Part shown: positions 61,063-64,000 of the stretch, in pieces | Position numbering within the stretch: position 1 is the first letter of the stretch | Layout of the letters: every line of letters begins with the position of its first letter | Origin: Adineta vaga | Taxonomy: Eukaryota; Animalia; Rotifera | DNA length: 64,000 nucleotides | Direction: 5' to 3' | Assembly (NCBI GenBank): GCA_021613535.1 | Contig: CP075496.1 | Coordinates: 9,858,001 to 9,922,000, forward strand | Made by a program: the position numbers and the translations under genes | Notes under the pieces: generated by a model | The model's input: the letters and a program-made list of their open reading frames with translations, nothing else | What the model was told of the DNA's origin: nothing | Database searches by the model: none

Positions 61063-62420
61063 ATGTCAATTGCTACCAATAGTGTTACATTGTAAGTTGA
61101 CTTGATACACTTCTTTCTTATATTCTATATGATTTGAATTATCTCTAGTGTCGCAGTCCTACTCTGGGTCTGATCGTTTTAGTCGCTTTCGGCATTTCAG
61201 GAACAGTTATTCTTTCTCTGATCAGTGTTTATTTACCAAATAAAGGCAATGATCTTGCTTCATGTTCGTATTCTTTTGTCAAGAGAAAAATTGATATGAA
61301 TATTTAGTTCAAGAAGATCTAAATTTTGTTTACTTTTACTAGTAACAATATGTACGTTATCGTTTGCACCGATGACTTCTCAAAGTACTGGCAATGCACC
61401 ATCCTATGTCGATAATGCCGATATAAATAATGATAGTACAGCAGATCTTATCGTTGCTAATTTTGATGATGGTACTATAAATACGTTTCTTGGAAATGGA
61501 AATGGTACGTTTCGAAGTCAAACTACGTTATCAACTGGTGGAACGAATACTAAACCAAATGCCTTAGCAATTGGTGATATTGATAAAGATGGTGCATTGG
61601 ATGTAGTCGTAGCAAATAGTGGTACAGGTACTGTTATAGTCTTTCTCGGTAATGGAGATGGAACTTTAACATCGCAAACCACATTTTCAATTGGAACTAG
61701 TTCAGTACCATTAGGACTTAGTCTTGGTGATTTGAATAGTGATGGTAATCTTGATTTAGTTGTTTCAGATAGTATCAATAATGTTGTCTTAGTATATCTT
61801 GGAAGTAATACTGGTTCATTCACATTAATACGTACACTCTCTAGTGGTGTTGATTCAGCACCTTATGGAGTTGCTATTCAAGATTTGAATGGAGATGGTC
61901 AATCAGATATTGCTGTTAGCAATAGTGGATCTAATAATGTTGGTATATTTCTAAGTAATGGTGAAGCAACATTTGCAGATCAAATAACATATACTACTGG
62001 TGCTATGCCTGTTTCACTTATTATTATTGATTTAAATAAAGATGGTCTCTACGATATTGTTACAGCTAATTATATAGAAAATACAATTAGCGTACTACTA
62101 ATAATGGAGGTGGACGTTTTAAAACACAAAAAGTTTTCTCAACTGGTTCGGGTTCTTCACCTTATTCAGTTTATTATGGTGATTTGAATAGAGATAATAA
62201 TGTTGATCTTGCTGTTGCTAATTATGGGACAAATAAAATTGGTATATTTCTGGGAAACGGTCATGGAAATTTTAGAATACAGAAAACGTTTTCAACTGGG
62301 GATGGATCCAGTCCGAATGATATCACTATTGCAGATTATAATAAAGACGGCCGATTAGATGTTATTACTGCTAATTCTGGAAAGAATTCAGCAAGTATTT
62401 TCTTAAGTACATGCTCATAA
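61063..62420 (+). CDS. FG-GAP/VCBS-repeat beta-propeller protein with an N-terminal membrane anchor; frameshift near 62101
   Basis: About seven D.N.DG.LD.VVAN...V.LGNG.G.F repeats; upstream hydrophobic exon LGLIVLVAFGISGTVILSLISVYL; one A appears missing at ctaataatgga. Confidence 0.8.
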
Positions 62421-63271
62421 TTCCAAAATTGACTTGAATATCTCCGATCAACACAATTTAGTATAATATGAACCATTAAAATTGATTTTCTTCAATATTT
62501 TTTCTTTTTTTCTAATGAACATAACGTCTTATCAAGATTGAATCTATTCACTTATTTAATTCTATATTGAACTGATGTTTTTCATGTATGTTGTAATTGA
62601 TAAATAGAATACATAATCAAAATGAAATACTGATCGAATTGATTTTGTTTCATATATCATTCTCTTCATCTATTATGATTAAATTGTAATTCAATACGAA
62701 GATCTCAATTATGATCGACTTAACTTTAACGATGGCTTGTTCTTTTTTCTCACGTACGAACAAACATGTACTTTATTATAAATGACCTCTATGTTTTTCT
62801 TGTCTTTCTCCTTACTCAATCATTGTAAACAAATACGACAGGGGAGTTCTTTTTATGCATGTGAAAAGTATATTTTAAGCTGAATACAAACGTCTTTAAC
62901 AGTTATTCTTCTTCTTTCTTTTTTCTTCCTTCCGAAAACACTAGAGCGTCAGCCAAAGAGAAGGAGCGTTATGTTAGGGTGTGTGCAATGCGATAATAGA
63001 TAAAATTGCCTAACGTTACATAGAGAGAATAAAAAAGAAAGAAAGAGAAAAAGATAGAACGACAAAGAATAAAAGAGAAAAAACAGCTAACAACGTGACA
63101 TTTTTATACTCTTGACGAGTCACTTCAAAATTATACAAAAAAAGACAACAAACAAGTCGCCTTCTGTTTCTACTACTTTGAAGAATGTCTGGTAAGTTAA
63201 AAAGATTAATCATACGTACAAGTACCAAAAAATTCATTTCGTTTTTTATTAGAGCATACATTTAAGAACTG

Positions 63272-64000
63272 ATGTCATCACCTTCGATATCATCTGGCCT
63301 TGAAAGTACATTATTAGAAACAACATTCTCTCTATTGGATGAATTTCAGCAACATTATGATGTCGTTATACAATTCTTTTCAGCTGAGGTATAAAAAATA
63401 AAAATTATTAGTCGTATAATCAAATTTCCTTCTTTTTCTAAGAATATACCAAAAATGGATGTTGTTGGACATGCTGATCCATATTTTATTGCTAATATTG
63501 ATGATTGTGTAATATTTACGTAAGTATTATTATTTATAAAACTTAAGTTTAATATAATTGCATTTTTTTCAGATCTAGTATAATTCCTAACACAGCAACA
63601 CCGAAATGGGAAGATGAAAAATGGATTGTTCGAAATATTCCAATTAATGCTAAATTATCTGTCAAAGTCTACGATAAAGATGATGATACAGTCAATGATG
63701 ATTATATTGGACAATTCGAGATTTTAAATTTAATTAATTATCATGCTCCACCAAAAGGTCATGAAATTCGTGGTACACTCAATCATCTTAATGGATACTT
63801 TCATCTATCTATTCATTCGATGCCATCATCTGACGAAACAAAACTTTTACCTCGATATACATTCGATGGTCCTTGTCGATATTTTCGTCATGATTCATTT
63901 GCCGTTGGTCGTTTAACTATGCTTAATGCCGATTGCGTCTATTCAACATGGAAAATTCGAATGCGGCGCATCTCCGTTTTTTTCAATCCAGATGATCGAC
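63272..64000 (+). CDS. C2-domain protein, copy 2 (truncated by the window end)
   Basis: YDVVIQFFSAE|NIPKMDVVGHADPYF...; same exon layout as 59183..60520, with shared identical tracts. Confidence 0.75.

Noticed and set aside
61372-62420. Periodic sequence as a CRISPR array or DNA tandem repeat
   Set aside because: The periodicity is at protein level (FG-GAP repeats) with diverged codons; there are no identical repeats with spacers, and the context is eukaryotic.

Overview
AT-rich eukaryotic DNA with short GT-AG introns. The gene families (orphan 7TM receptor, expanded F-box/LRR-like genes, ART and ART-TPR genes, FG-GAP protein, foreign-looking carbohydrate enzymes) suggest a bdelloid rotifer; this is inference. 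The main feature is a five-exon gene (22918..29972, +, about 2237 aa after splicing) that the ORF track splits into four pieces. It fuses ankyrin repeats, WWE-like domains, a coiled coil, a DEAH/RHA-type RNA helicase, a class II (CCA-adding/poly(A) polymerase head-like) nucleotidyltransferase and a PARP domain with an intact H-Y-E triad. An inverted paralog lies at 47288..54396 (-). The two copies are near-identical over the catalytic domains and introns 2-4 but patchily diverged elsewhere, which points to gene conversion around a variable region. The window also holds two tandem cytosolic R-S-E mono-ADP-ribosyltransferases, a decayed ART-TPR gene, nocturnin, a tandem CCCH zinc-finger gene, three intact F-box genes plus a remnant, a Fem-1-like gene, an SK channel, an UNC-93-like transporter, an SDR epimerase, GT61, a GH51 pseudogene, two C2-domain paralogs and two MITE-like inverted-repeat elements. 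Several 1-2 nt frameshifts fall in homopolymer or dinucleotide runs and may be assembly errors. All domain calls come from reading motifs by eye; no searches were run.
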